Under the pieces are notes generated by a model. That model did no database searches. It had not been told where the DNA came from and saw nothing but the letters and a program-made list of their open reading frames with translations. A DNA stretch of 51,480 bases, filler included, from Malassezia furfur (lineage: Eukaryota): NCBI GenBank assembly GCA_052055015.1. It is 2 parts of 2 records of this genome, joined end to end, with 100 filler letters (N's around TTAATTAATTAA, not from the genome) between each part and the next. Parts side by side here need not be neighbours in the genome. Positions count along the whole stretch, not along the records: positions 25,799 to 51,480 come from JBQJIT010000133.1; 1 more part is not named here. One strand, written 5' to 3'. Below are positions 33,878-44,846 of the stretch, piece after piece. Every line of letters begins with the position of its first letter. The first letter of the stretch is position 1. The translations under genes were made by a program, and so were the position numbers.

Positions 33878-35818
33878 CTATAGACCTTGTACATACTCCA
33901 GCAGGGCCTGTACTATATCTTGCGTCCGCATACCACCCTCCTCGCCGCCCGCCGCCACGACGGCGTCGCCGAGGTTGTCGCGGTACTCTTGGAGCGTGCC
34001 GAGGATGTCCTGCAGCGGCACGGCATTGCGCTCTAGCAACATGCGGATGTGCGCCTGCGCACCGTCGTCCTCCATCAGCAGCCACGCGAGCAGGTAGTCG
34101 ACCAGCTGCAGCGAGTACAGCCCCGATTCCAGACGGCGCAGGTACGCCAGCTCGGCAATCGCCTCGCGGTCCATGCCGCGCGCCTGGAAGAGGCGCTCCT
34201 CGTCAGCGATGCTGCGCTCGGCGCGCCGCACACGCGCCACGATCGTTTCGCGCAGCTCCAGCAGCCGGTCAATCTTGGCATAGTCCTGCTCCACAAACTT
34301 GGCCAGCACTCGGAGCCGCGCGGCGCTGTCCGACGCAAGGTTGTGCAACAGCGAGGCAAAGATGCCCAGCACATGCTCCATGTCCTGCACCTCGAGGCCA
34401 TGGTGCGCACGGCCCTTGCGCGCGCGCTCCAGCGGGAGCATAAACACGGAGAAGATGCTCTTGAGCCCAAGCACCTCGACGAACCGCTCGCACTGCGGCG
34501 CACCAGCGACGCCCGCGAGCGCCAAGTCGAGCACTTTGAGCGCACGCAGCTGCGACGCACGTTTCGCGCGCAGGATCAGTACCATCAACTCGATCCCTTC
34601 GTCGCGCAGAAAGAGCGGCTTGTTGACATCGAGCAACAGCGCCGAGCCAAGCGCATCGAAGCAGTTCTCCATAAACTCGGTCTCTTCTTCGTCTGCAGGG
34701 TCGCGCTTGCGGTAAGGCGCGAGCACTTTGAGCACCGCATCCATGCCCCCCTGTGCGCCAAACGCAGCGCGGTTCTCTTCGCTGTCTTGCAACAGGATGG
34801 CGAGGAGCTCACCGGCATACGCCATGTTCTGGTCGAAGCGCACAAACTGCATGCGCTGCAAAAGCCACGGAAGCAGCGACGTGTTTGCCACGACGTCTTC
34901 TGCGGCATCCGGCTGGAGAGACACCAGGTTCTCCAGCACGCTGAGTGTGTGGTATACGTTTTGCGCGTCACTGTCATAGTTTTCCAACGCGGCGACATCA
35001 TCTTCGGCCGGCGGCTTGTCGTTAAAGCGCGACAGATTGGACACGAGCAACGCAAGAACCTGGTTCTCGCGCAGCGCACGCACGAGCGCATGCATCGCAT
35101 CCAAGCCAGGGCGCTGGGCATTCTCGTCCTGCTCCTCGCCATCAAGGACGTCGTCATCGGTCAACTCCTCAAGCACCTGGATCGCAGCCCCAGCAATGTC
35201 CGCGTTCTCGTGCGAGAGCAGCTCTACAAGCACAGCAGGCCCATTGAGACGCTCAAATTCGGGGTACAGGAGCGCACAGTTCGTCGTGAGCACGACGAGT
35301 TGGCGCAACTCGTCGTTCAGGTCCGCCTCTGAATCGATGAACCGTTGCGGCTCGTCGGGGTATTTCGCGCGCATCGCCTGGTTCTGCCTCAGCGCCTTTT
35401 CGAGCTGCTGCATTTGCTTGCGGGTGTCTGCGAGCATATTTTCGGCGGTCTGGGTGAGAAGGCTCGACGTACCGCTTCTTCGATCGGCTCCTCTCCATCG
35501 CGGTTCATGATCTGCAAAATACGCTTCTGCTCCTCGTTCAGACCGCCGCCAAAGAACCGCCCACCATCCTCGTCCTCGTCGACCAAGTATTCTGCATCCT
35601 CGCCCACAGCCATCTCGGCCTCCTCGTCCTCTTCGTCGTGGATGCGCACGCGCTTGGGCACATTGTGCGAGGGCTCCGCGCGCTCCTCGTCATCCTCCGC
35701 ATTGGGAAGTTTCCCTGTGGGACCAGTCCACTTTCGCTTGTTCAATGCCGAGGAGGGCACCGAAGGAAGCTGCGGTTAGCACCGCGTCACCCACCTTGAA
35801 CAGCTTGTCGACGTCCAT
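33878..35818 (-). CDS. CTNNBL1: Beta-catenin-like protein 1 (spliceosomal Prp19-complex associated); 2 introns
   Basis: MDVDKLFK, GGRFFGGGL, RAKYPDEPQRFIDSEADL, LLSHENADIA, EETEFMENCFDAL, KFVEQDYAKIDRL. Confidence 0.9.
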
Positions 35819-35884
35819 CGTGGAGGCACGTCGATCAAGTCCACTTAATTCCCCGAAGGAGCGCACGGCGCGCATTTTGCCACG

Positions 35885-36634
35885 ATGAGCGGCAGCAGCA
35901 GCTCCTATAATGCAATGGATCCCAACAGCGATCCCTATGCCCCTTTCTACTACTGGGACTCGCTCAAGGGGAAATGGGAGTTTGATTATGACGGATACGC
36001 GCGCGCCAATGGGCCGATCGCGACAACCAGCTCGCTAAACACCACCGTCAATGCCAACGAGTTGGCTCAACAAGAGCAGCAGGCATCCGTGTACGACTAC
36101 GACCCGCACCGCTCTGCCCGCCTCGCAGAGCCACAGAAAATTGGACAGCTCAAGAAGGGTGAGACGCGGACAACAGTTTTGCGGCGCGCCGCTGGCAAAC
36201 TGTGGGAAGACCAAACTCTCCTGGAATGGGACCCCGCACACAAGCGGCTCTTTGTCGGCAACCTCGGCAATGATGTCCACGATGAAACACTTACGCAAGC
36301 GTTCGCCAAATACCCTACTTTTGTCAAGGCGCGCGTGGTACGTCAGCGCGGCACCGGCAAAACCAAAGGTTATGGCTTCGTTGCGTTTTCTGACCCCGAA
36401 GACTTCCTCAAGGCTTGGAAGGAGATGGACGGCAAGTACATCGGATCACGACCGTGTACGCTGAAGAAAGCGAACGAGAATGTCGCCCCTGTCGAGATTG
36501 GCGCGCGCAAAGACCGTCTGCTCGCCAACAATGCGAAATACGACCACTACCTATCCAAGCGTAAGATGGGCGGCACGATTGGTCACAATCTGCGACGCAA
36601 CGGCGGGATGGGCAAGCCCTACGCGAAAAAGTAG
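35885..36634 (+). CDS. RBM42-like RRM protein
   Basis: TVLRRAAGKLWEDQTLLEWDP, RLFVGNLGND, KTKGYGFVAF, KEMDGKYIGSRP. Confidence 0.9.
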   Translation: MSGSSSSYNAMDPNSDPYAPFYYWDSLKGKWEFDYDGYARANGPIATTSSLNTTVNANELAQQEQQASVYDYDPHRSARLAEPQKIGQLKKGETRTTVLRRAAGKLWEDQTLLEWDPAHKRLFVGNLGNDVHDETLTQAFAKYPTFVKARVVRQRGTGKTKGYGFVAFSDPEDFLKAWKEMDGKYIGSRPCTLKKANENVAPVEIGARKDRLLANNAKYDHYLSKRKMGGTIGHNLRRNGGMGKPYAKK

Positions 36635-36673
36635 CAAGCGATCTGTTGTCCTATTCGCGCTAGCAAATCCCAT

Positions 36674-37290
36674 TTAGACCTTGGTCTCCTTGAGACCGTC
36701 CTTCCAGAAGGTGATGAAAGGAGTGACACCATCCTCGCGGTAGTTGAGGAGGGCGACCATACCGTCGGGGTTCATCGACTCGCCGGTGTAGAACTCGTAG
36801 TCCTTGAAGTTAGCCACGATCTTCTTGGCGAACTCAGCGGCCTTCTTCTCGAAGACGGGCACACGCTCGGGGTTGCTGGCCTGGAGCTGCTGCTTGATTT
36901 CCTTCATGTAACCCTGGTGGTCAGTACGCGAGCGTCACAACATACCTTGAGGTAGGTCAGGTACGACTTCTTGTCGAACGAGGTGGCCTGCAGGTTGAAG
37001 CTGTGGACCAGGTTGATGACCTTCTCCGAGGTCGACTCCACCGCCTCCTCGGCCTCCTCAGCGGACGGGTTGCCACCAATGTCCACCTCGTTCTCCGTGA
37101 TGGTGATCATCGCGGCGTCCACCTCGTAGACAATGTCGTCAACGTCCTGGCTGCGAGGTTAGTAAAATAGGGGGAAAGTGACACGTACAGCTTGTAGCCG
37201 TCCGACACCATCTCATCGCCGCTGATCTTGTCCGTGTAGAGCTGAAACGTTAGTCCTGTTCTTCGCGCACACCGTCCAACTCACCTTCAT
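36674..37290 (-). CDS. TMA19: Translationally controlled tumour protein (TCTP); 3 introns
   Basis: Spliced [66 protein letters not shown]. Confidence 0.96.
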
Positions 37291-37431
37291 TGTGCCAAAA
37301 TTCCAATGGGAGTAAGGAAGATGCGCGGTGAGCAAAACAGAAATTTTTCGGATGCGCGGTTTCCTTCGGCCGGACGCATTGGCACGTGGGACTGGAGGAC
37401 GCGCGCGGTGGGGTGCATTGGCCACAAGACC

Positions 37432-38343
37432 ATGTCGGCTGCAGGCATCCTTCCAGCCGCACGGACACACGCATTGCGTGAGGCCCTTGAACATTTCGGA
37501 AAAGCTGCTCAACAGGCTCAAAAACCTCAGCTTCAAGTCGTATACGCCACCCGAAATGACTGGAATCGGACTAACAGTGCGCAGCATATGGCGGTGTTGG
37601 ATGCCTCTTTCAATCCCCCGACCCGCGCGCATCTCGCACTAGCACGGCTGCCTCGCAGTGCAACTCAGCCAGCGATTAACTACGACGCACACATCCTCAT
37701 TTTCTCTGTTCGTAACGCGGACAAGGGTCGCGGGCGGCCGGGCGACGCGACTGCCTTGCAGCGCCTGGAGATGATTGAACTTCTGGCCAAGCAGCTCGAA
37801 AGAGATTTGCCGGATCCGAACGTTGTGGTCGCGCTGGTCGACGAGCCGCTGGTGTTTTCCAAGTCAACCCTAATTCATGCTGCACTTGGTACCCAAGCGC
37901 CGCTCTACCTGTACTGGCTCATGGGCAGTGATACGATCACCCGCGTCTTCCAGGTGAAGTACTATGGGTCGGAAAAGCATCTTGAGCAGGTGTGTACACA
38001 ATTCTTTGGACAACAAAGGTCCAAGATTGTGTGCGCAGAACGTTCAGTCGATTCTGTACAAGGGCATGCTGGTCATCCCTCCTGGTCTGGGACCCAATCC
38101 GAGTCGGATGAAGTCAACATGCTACTACAACAGCCTGGGCCCGCCCACGAGTGGTACAGCAAAGGCGCCATCGAGTTGCGGAAACTGGATCCCGATGCTG
38201 CTCGGCACAGCTCGACGGCCGTGCGTCGGTTCCTTGAGAACTCACCGCGCACGCCCCATGTGCGTGAAGAGCTTGCACAGCTTGTGCCCAGCACTTTGGT
38301 GGACTACCTTTTTACTCAACCTATTTACGGTCCGACCGAATGA
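37432..38343 (+). CDS. Nucleotidyltransferase, Pof1/NMNAT-like
   Basis: VLDASFNPPTRAH (HxGH-like motif), NADKG, RLEM, LMGSDTITR, HSSTAVR. Confidence 0.85.
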   Translation: MSAAGILPAARTHALREALEHFGKAAQQAQKPQLQVVYATRNDWNRTNSAQHMAVLDASFNPPTRAHLALARLPRSATQPAINYDAHILIFSVRNADKGRGRPGDATALQRLEMIELLAKQLERDLPDPNVVVALVDEPLVFSKSTLIHAALGTQAPLYLYWLMGSDTITRVFQVKYYGSEKHLEQVCTQFFGQQRSKIVCAERSVDSVQGHAGHPSWSGTQSESDEVNMLLQQPGPAHEWYSKGAIELRKLDPDAARHSSTAVRRFLENSPRTPHVREELAQLVPSTLVDYLFTQPIYGPTE

Positions 38344-38358
38344 TGTGCTGGCACAGCA

Positions 38359-39255
38359 TTATGCTGCAGGCGATTCACCGAGATCTGGAGTCAGCAACAC
38401 ACGTACATTCGCTACGCAGCGCTGCCTTCTTTGCCCGTAGAAGGAAGCGTTCAATGTCTTTGCGATCAGGAACTTGAGGCATAGTCAGCTCGCTTGCGTC
38501 AATGGCATTCAGGTTGTGCATCGCAACATCTGTTTGGGTATCGTTTGCCTGAGCAGAAAGCGAGAGTTTTGTCGGCTCCGCACGCGGAATAGGTGGGAAT
38601 ACGTCCGTGTTGGGCAGTCCCAAGGCAGCTGCAATTCGTGCACAGCCTTGTGCCCAGCCAAGATCCTCTGACTCAACCTCCTCGGCAAGGAGCTTTCCGT
38701 CATGTTCGTCTTCGTTACCAAAGTACGCGCCACTTTGATTCTGGAACCGACGGAACTTCTGGGTCCGGTAGGACTCCAGCTCTTTTTCTTGCTCAGCGGT
38801 GCGATTGAACATTTCTTTAACTCCTGGGAGTTCCTTAGCACGACCAAAGTATTTGTACCCATGTGTCCCAGGTATCTCGTTGCCGTCGTCGTCGAGCAAA
38901 CGGCCGCCGGACGACGCAAGGTAATTCGCGCCACCAAGTGCAATAATATGCTTCTCCCAGGTGATCTTGTCGCGGAAATACTGATTGATTTCATCATTGA
39001 GGTCGCGAATCTCGTACTCATTCAGTCCATCTGCGCGTTAGTGGGTCACGTACAGTCCTGGATCTTGGAGATGCGGCGGTCCAACTCGCGAATGATCTCC
39101 TTGCGCCAGCGCTCACAATCGCGCAAGCTGGTAACTCCTGCTGTGGTTTTAGGACGGGCTTCAGGGGGCCCATTTGTAGGCATGTTCATCTCTATCGCCT
39201 GCGCCTGGCGGAAGCGGTACAGCGCGCTCTGCGCCTTCTCCTGACTCGGCGGCAT
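38359..39255 (-). CDS. ISY1: Pre-mRNA splicing factor Isy1; 2 introns
   Basis: EKAQSALYRFR, CERWRKEIIRE, KIQD, YEIRDLNDEINQ, GYKYFGRAKELPGVKE. Confidence 0.93.
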
Positions 39256-39364
39256 GGTCGCGGGTGAAGGTGGAGGTGGTGGAGCGGATCACGTGATAAA
39301 TTGCTGCGGCAAGTGCTAAAAGTGCTAGGGCACCGGTTCCCTCTTTTCTTACCTTCCTGCAAAA

Positions 39365-40059
39365 AGTATGTACTGAGTGAATGTCGGGGAACGATACTAA
39401 CCATCGCAGTGTCCAAAATCCAAGTGTCAGGTGTGCGATCGAGCGTCAAGGACGTCCTCACGGGTGCCGAGGAGAAGCGCCGCAACTTCGTTGAGACGGT
39501 CGAGCTTCAGATTGGTCTGAAGAACTACGACCCTCAGCGTGACAAGCGTTTCAGCGGTACCGTCAAGCTTCCGCACATCCCGCGTCCCCGTATGTCGCTG
39601 TGCATTCTCGCCGATGCTGCGGACGTTGACCGTGCGAAGCTGATCAGTCTCGACTACATGACCGTCGAGGACCTTAAGAAGCTCAACAAGAACAAGAAGC
39701 TGGTCAAGAAGCTCGCTAAGAAGTACGACGCTTTCCTGGCCTCGGAGGCTCTCATCAAGCAGATCCCTCGTCTGCTCGGCCCCGGTCTCTCGAAGGCGGG
39801 CAAGTTCCCGTCGCCCGTGTCGCACTCGGACGACCTCGAGAAGCGTGTGAACGAGATCAAGGCCACCATCAAGTTCCAGCTCAAGAAGGTGCTGTGTCTC
39901 GGTGTTGCCATTGGCCACGTTCAGATGACTGAGGACCAGCTTGTGTCCAACATCATGCTGTCCGTCAACTTCCTCATCTCGCTGCTGAAGAAGAACTGGC
40001 AGAACGTCAAGTCGCTGCACATCAAGTCGACGATGGGCAAGCCCCAGCGTCTCTTCTAA
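39365..40059 (+). CDS. RPL1: 60S ribosomal protein uL1 (L1/L10a); start codon split by intron 39366-39409
   Basis: [26 protein letters not shown]...[11 protein letters not shown]. The start A|TG is formed by splicing gtatgt...tactaaccatcgcag. Confidence 0.97.
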
Positions 40060-40316
40060 GCGCACACGCTTCAAAATCTTGCGGCTCCGCATCTCTCGGA
40101 ATACACCATGGCAGATCGCACGCTTGTACCCAGCCTAGGCTCGTTCATAGTTTAGGTGAGGGGAGCTCTGGAATGCATTGGAGTTGCTTTTACAAATCGC
40201 TCATAGACCAGTGGAGGAGGCGGGCCCCGCGTTTCGGCTTTTGTAGGAATTGACGGGCGGATAGCCTTTTTGACGCGAGCTAACTCCCCACAAGTGGCGC
40301 TCCCCAAGCTGCTTCG

Positions 40317-41753
40317 ATGCCTACCGATGGGCCTGGGCTAGAGCGCAGCTGGAGACAGCTGCATACGGAGGCGGCGGTGCGAGATGCCATTGAAACGCAA
40401 GAATTGGAGGACAATGAGCGTTTCGAGATCGGCCTGTCCCTGTTTGGGCATCGGCCCAAGCTGATGGCATGGCATAAGCGTGTCCATCAAGAGATGCGGC
40501 GCATCGCGCTCAACTTTCCTCCGAGTTGGTTCACCGTGGTTATGGGTACCAGTATCACTGCATCGCTGCTGTACACGTTTCCCTACCCCGCTCGATGGCT
40601 TGAATACCTTGCCTATATCGTTCTGGCATTTGATGTCTGCCTCTTTCTACTGTTTCTGGTGATCAGCATTGTACGCTTCATTCGCTGGCCGGCATTGATC
40701 CGGCTCTTATTGCGACATCCGCAACAATCCATGTTTCTCGGCGCGTTTGCCGTCGCTTATCAAGCTGTTGTCAATGCTAGCATCCAGATCATCGTCCCTT
40801 CGTGGGGTTTCAATTTCACACTGTTTCTATGGGCGTTATGGATGCTGGGATCTGTGATCGGGATGTTCATTGGGATTGGCATGCCCATCATCCAATTCAC
40901 GCGCCATGAACATACGCTCTCGTCGATCACCGGTGTAATGCTCCTGCCCGTGGTCGGACCCATCGTCTCTTCCGCAGCCGGCGCTAACATGGCCCAGTAT
41001 CTCCCTCCAGCACATGCCCGTTTTACTATTTGTGCATCGTACATCATGTGGGGAGCAGGGTTCACTATGGCCATGCTAACCCTGGCGATGTTTTATGCGC
41101 GTCTAACCATTCACAAGATCCCTGAGGCCGCACTCACCGTGACTATCTTCTTGCCATTGGGACCATTAGGCCAGTCCAACTACGCCCTGCTGCGTCTCTC
41201 TACGATGCTGCTTAAGCTGGCCGACGAGTCTGGTGCTGCCTTCGTCGGCAGATCTCAATTCTCCGCGGCAGACGCTCGAACAATGGCTCTGGCTGTGTAT
41301 GGCATCACGATTGCGGTCAGTCTCATGCTTTGGGGGTTTGCCTTAGTGTGGCTTTTGATTGCCATTTGCCTACTCGTTGACATGTGGCTTGTTTCCCGAC
41401 TGACCTTTAATTTGGGCTGGTGGGGCTTCACCTTCCCTCTTGGAACTTTGTGCGCAGCCACAGGGCAGCTTGCTTTGGAGTTCAACTCAACTGCCTTCCG
41501 TGTTTTTGGTTCCCTTTTCACGACGCTCGAGGTCCTTTTGTGGTTGGGAATCGGCTCAATGACTATGTATCGAGCGCTTCAAGGCGAAATTTTCGCTTCG
41601 CCTTGTCTGATTGATGTCGGGGGATTACCACCCAAAGGAGAGCACCAACTCAACCGAATTTACAAATACGAACCGCGCCATCCCGACCCAGTCGCAAAAC
41701 CTGATCCCGCGGTTGTTGCTCCTGAGAAACATGTCTCGGCCCCAGGCGAATAG
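40317..41753 (+). CDS. TDT/SLAC1-family transporter (Ssu1 sulfite efflux / Mae1-like); intronless
   Basis: About 10 TM helices, FPPSWFTVVMGT, HPQQSMFLGA, LPLGPLGQ, FNLGWWGFTFPLG, GEIFASPCL. Confidence 0.9.
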   Translation: MPTDGPGLERSWRQLHTEAAVRDAIETQELEDNERFEIGLSLFGHRPKLMAWHKRVHQEMRRIALNFPPSWFTVVMGTSITASLLYTFPYPARWLEYLAYIVLAFDVCLFLLFLVISIVRFIRWPALIRLLLRHPQQSMFLGAFAVAYQAVVNASIQIIVPSWGFNFTLFLWALWMLGSVIGMFIGIGMPIIQFTRHEHTLSSITGVMLLPVVGPIVSSAAGANMAQYLPPAHARFTICASYIMWGAGFTMAMLTLAMFYARLTIHKIPEAALTVTIFLPLGPLGQSNYALLRLSTMLLKLADESGAAFVGRSQFSAADARTMALAVYGITIAVSLMLWGFALVWLLIAICLLVDMWLVSRLTFNLGWWGFTFPLGTLCAATGQLALEFNSTAFRVFGSLFTTLEVLLWLGIGSMTMYRALQGEIFASPCLIDVGGLPPKGEHQLNRIYKYEPRHPDPVAKPDPAVVAPEKHVSAPGE

Positions 41754-42161
41754 CCTGGCCAGGCGCGGTCCAAGGTAACTCCATCTGACCCGTGCTGGTC
41801 TCGGGTGGTGGTATGGTTGCAGACACGCATTTCTCCGGTCTTTGTATAAGGCCTATGACGAACATAGTCATTCGCAGATTTTCATGACTTACGATTTATG
41901 TTTTACTGACTAGAGAACGATACGCGACTATTGCGTCTGCGTGCAGATCTGACTAGTCGGTGCTGACAAGGCGACATCCTTTTGGCGTGCACAAAACAGT
42001 TCGCTGGAATATGTTTTTGATTCTGGACTGATATGGACTATCCCTCAGAAGCGTGACGAAATACGGAAGTATAATGTACCAACAGACTCCCAAGCGCGGC
42101 TTAGGTATGCAAAGTCCGGTGTCGCAGAATCATCTTTTGGGGGCCATGCACGTCAAGTAAT

Positions 42162-42728
42162 TTAGAAGCGGTGGAACGCCTTGGCACGCTCCGTGCTCTT
42201 GTTCTTGATCACCTTAAGGGCGTTGAAACGCACAGTCTTCGAGAGAGGGCGGCACTGGCCTGCCTGTTAGAGGAAAATGATACGTACCGGCCACAATAAT
42301 GTCACCGATCTCGACACGGAACGCGGGGGAAACGTGGATGGGAAGGTTCTTGTGGCGCCGCTCGTAACGGTTGTACTTGGGCACGTAGTGCAGGTACTCC
42401 CGGCGAATGATCACAGTGCGGGTCATCTTGGTCGACACAACCTTGCCGGTCAGCAGACGGCCACGGATCGACACAAGACCGGTCCAGGGGCACTTCTTGT
42501 CTGGAATGGGTGTTAGAACAAATTCGGACAACGAGACGCTCGAGGCGTCGCGAGACACATACCAATGTAAGTACCGTTGATGGCAGCGCTGGGCGTCTTG
42601 AAGCCGAGACCGACATCCTTGTACCACCGACGGGTGCGGGTGGTCTTGCGAGCCGCCTTCGAGTTAAGGAAAAGGGGCTGCTTCTGGAAGGCCTTCTCCG
42701 TCTGCACACCAAGCTCCACGTTAGACAT
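42162..42728 (-). CDS. RPS11: 40S ribosomal protein uS17 (S11); 2 introns
   Basis: [63 protein letters not shown]. Confidence 0.97.
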
Positions 42729-42967
42729 AGTGACGTTGAGAGAACTACGGATACAGGGCCCGGAAGAAGCAAACGCGCTAGAAAACTATACAAAAGTCAC
42801 GTGAGAGGTTTGACTCCACGTGATGATGGTCTTCTCACCGGCGCGTACGCCTCATCTCTTCTTTACCCTTGAGCTGGTACGTGGAGCAGTGCAGTATTTC
42901 TGACCTACAGAGTCGGTTCTGCCTAGCGGACCTTTCGAAGAAGCACTCAATTCAATAACTTTTGATC

Positions 42968-43417
42968 ATGTCTGACGTTGAAGAGACCCCCGTGGATGTC
43001 CAGGTCGAGGAGACCGAGCAGGCCCCTGCTGCCGCTGCCGGTGGCTCGATGAGCATTGAGGATGCTCTCCAGCAGGTGCTGAAGAAGGCGCTCGTCCATG
43101 ACGGCCTTGCTCGCGGCCTCCGTGAGGCTGCCAAGGCGCTCGACCGCCGCCAGGCTCACCTCTGTGTCCTGTGCGAGACTTGCAACGAGGCCGAGTACAT
43201 CAAGCTGATTGAGGCTCTCTGCAACAAGTACGACATCAACCTCCTCAAGGTCTCGGACCCCAAGACCCTCGGCACTTGGGCTGGTCTTTGCAAGATCGAC
43301 CGTGAGGGCAACCCCCGGAAGGTTGTTGGCTGCTCGTGCGTGGTCGTCCGCGACTACGGCGAGGACTCGGAGGGCCTGAACGTGCTCCTCGAGTACTTCA
43401 AGAGCCAGCGTGCCTAA
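42968..43417 (+). CDS. RPS12: 40S ribosomal protein eS12; probable 5'UTR intron at 42877-42910
   Basis: [19 protein letters not shown] and [22 protein letters not shown]. Upstream gtacgt...ctgacctacag looks like an intron. Confidence 0.97.
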   Translation: MSDVEETPVDVQVEETEQAPAAAAGGSMSIEDALQQVLKKALVHDGLARGLREAAKALDRRQAHLCVLCETCNEAEYIKLIEALCNKYDINLLKVSDPKTLGTWAGLCKIDREGNPRKVVGCSCVVVRDYGEDSEGLNVLLEYFKSQRA

Positions 43418-43714
43418 AGTTGTTCTGTTTGGACAACCCCGGTTCATATCCTTGCGGCCTAGGAGAATCTCGCTAACGGAGTGATTTGTGTTATGTTCAT
43501 TGCTTCTTTGTGGATGAACAATCGATCCTTTTGCACACGTATAGCATTTAGAGCCGCACAAAAATGCTTATATGCAACACTTTTGTCGCAATGACAGCTT
43601 GATTATTGTGTGTCGTATTTATAGCGAATGATGGCAGGATGCAAACTGGACTGTGGTGGTATAGAAGCAACAACGGTTAATCCACGCGTAAGAATCCGTC
43701 GGACGTTACACGAC

Positions 43715-44355
43715 CTAGCTACGCAGACGCTCAGCTCGTCGGTGCGGGTTTCCCCCGGCTTGTCGCTCGCGCCCCGTGCTTGGTGCGTGAATGACACATT
43801 CAATCACATCCCCTGGAGAAAAGTGTAAGTCCATAAGCGTTTGCGACGCAGGGTCCTTAATTTTCCCCCTCCCATCTGCACGTTCGGTTTCGCGGAGAAT
43901 CGAACGAGCATCCAATGGTTCCTGCGCAGGTCCGAGTAATGCCCCAACTTGACGAGCGGTCACGCGGGTGATTCCCCTAATCGGTGGATATGCCCGATAC
44001 GTGCCTGTATCGAGATCGAAAAATACAACACGAAAATCGTGTTGCGAATGGGGATGCGAGGACGCTGGATTGGCCACGTAGATTAAATTTGCTAGTTCGC
44101 GCAGCGAAGTTGTTGGCCTGCAGAGTTGTGAGTTTGGGGAGCCCGTACCATGCGTATATTCCATATTCCTGTGACTGCGCTATCCGCCCAGACCCGAGGT
44201 CATCTGGTTGTCTAATATTAGCGCCAAGATCTAAAACTATTACTTACCTGAAATCATTTTGAGATAAAATGCACGGAACCAACAGTGGGGCGTTCTGTAC
44301 TATGAGTCGTTACTCGGGGTCGTACATCAGCGTCTTCTGACTGCACCTTCGACAT
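43715..44355 (-). CDS. SAP18-like protein (divergent); 3 introns
   Basis: Hand-spliced NAPLLVPCILSQNDFRQPDDL...EYGIYAWPTTSLRELANLI...FRVVFFD...TLMDLHFSPGDVIECVI follows the SAP18 pattern. Confidence 0.72.
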
Positions 44356-44846
44356 GGTGGGCGTAAAATCACGTGGTGTCAACCCGCACGACCAACTGGG
44401 GGGCATGATCGCCAAGCTGCGGGGCATGCATTTCCTCCTTTCACCGCCAGCGACATCGAAATGCGCAAATAATTTTTAATTCCTTCGCGCAATATTATAG
44501 GCTAGATTACGATTCCCTGTGTCGTATGCGTAGCCAAACTTGTCGTTGGCGTTGCCGGACCGCGATGCGGCATAGCTGCTGCTGCGGCCGAAATAGCTAC
44601 AACGTCTTGATCCTTCAGCTTCCATATTCCTACTTTAATGGCCACCGCTATCCGTGACAGATTGGATTAAGACATCTGATTGTGATACGGCGGTGACACA
44701 GACATTACAACGAACCATTGAGCGTCGACATTTGCTTCTCGAACATGAATCGTTCCGCATGCACTACTGCGCCGCAAACTTCCATGTTCCCCATCTAGGG
44801 ATTCAGTGGCAGGTATATAGCGCAGCTGCCGCAAATCTCCCCCGCA

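Noticed and set aside
41760..42160. AT-richer spacer as a possible tRNA, snoRNA or centromere
   Set aside because: I could not confirm a cloverleaf or box C/D or H/ACA motifs by eye, and it is not AT-rich or long enough for a Malassezia centromere core. An Rfam or tRNAscan search would settle it.
42501..42562. Longer RPS11 intron (62 nt) with a GACGC-loop-GCGTC hairpin
   Set aside because: A 5-bp stem is expected by chance at this GC content, and there is no other support for a regulatory structure.
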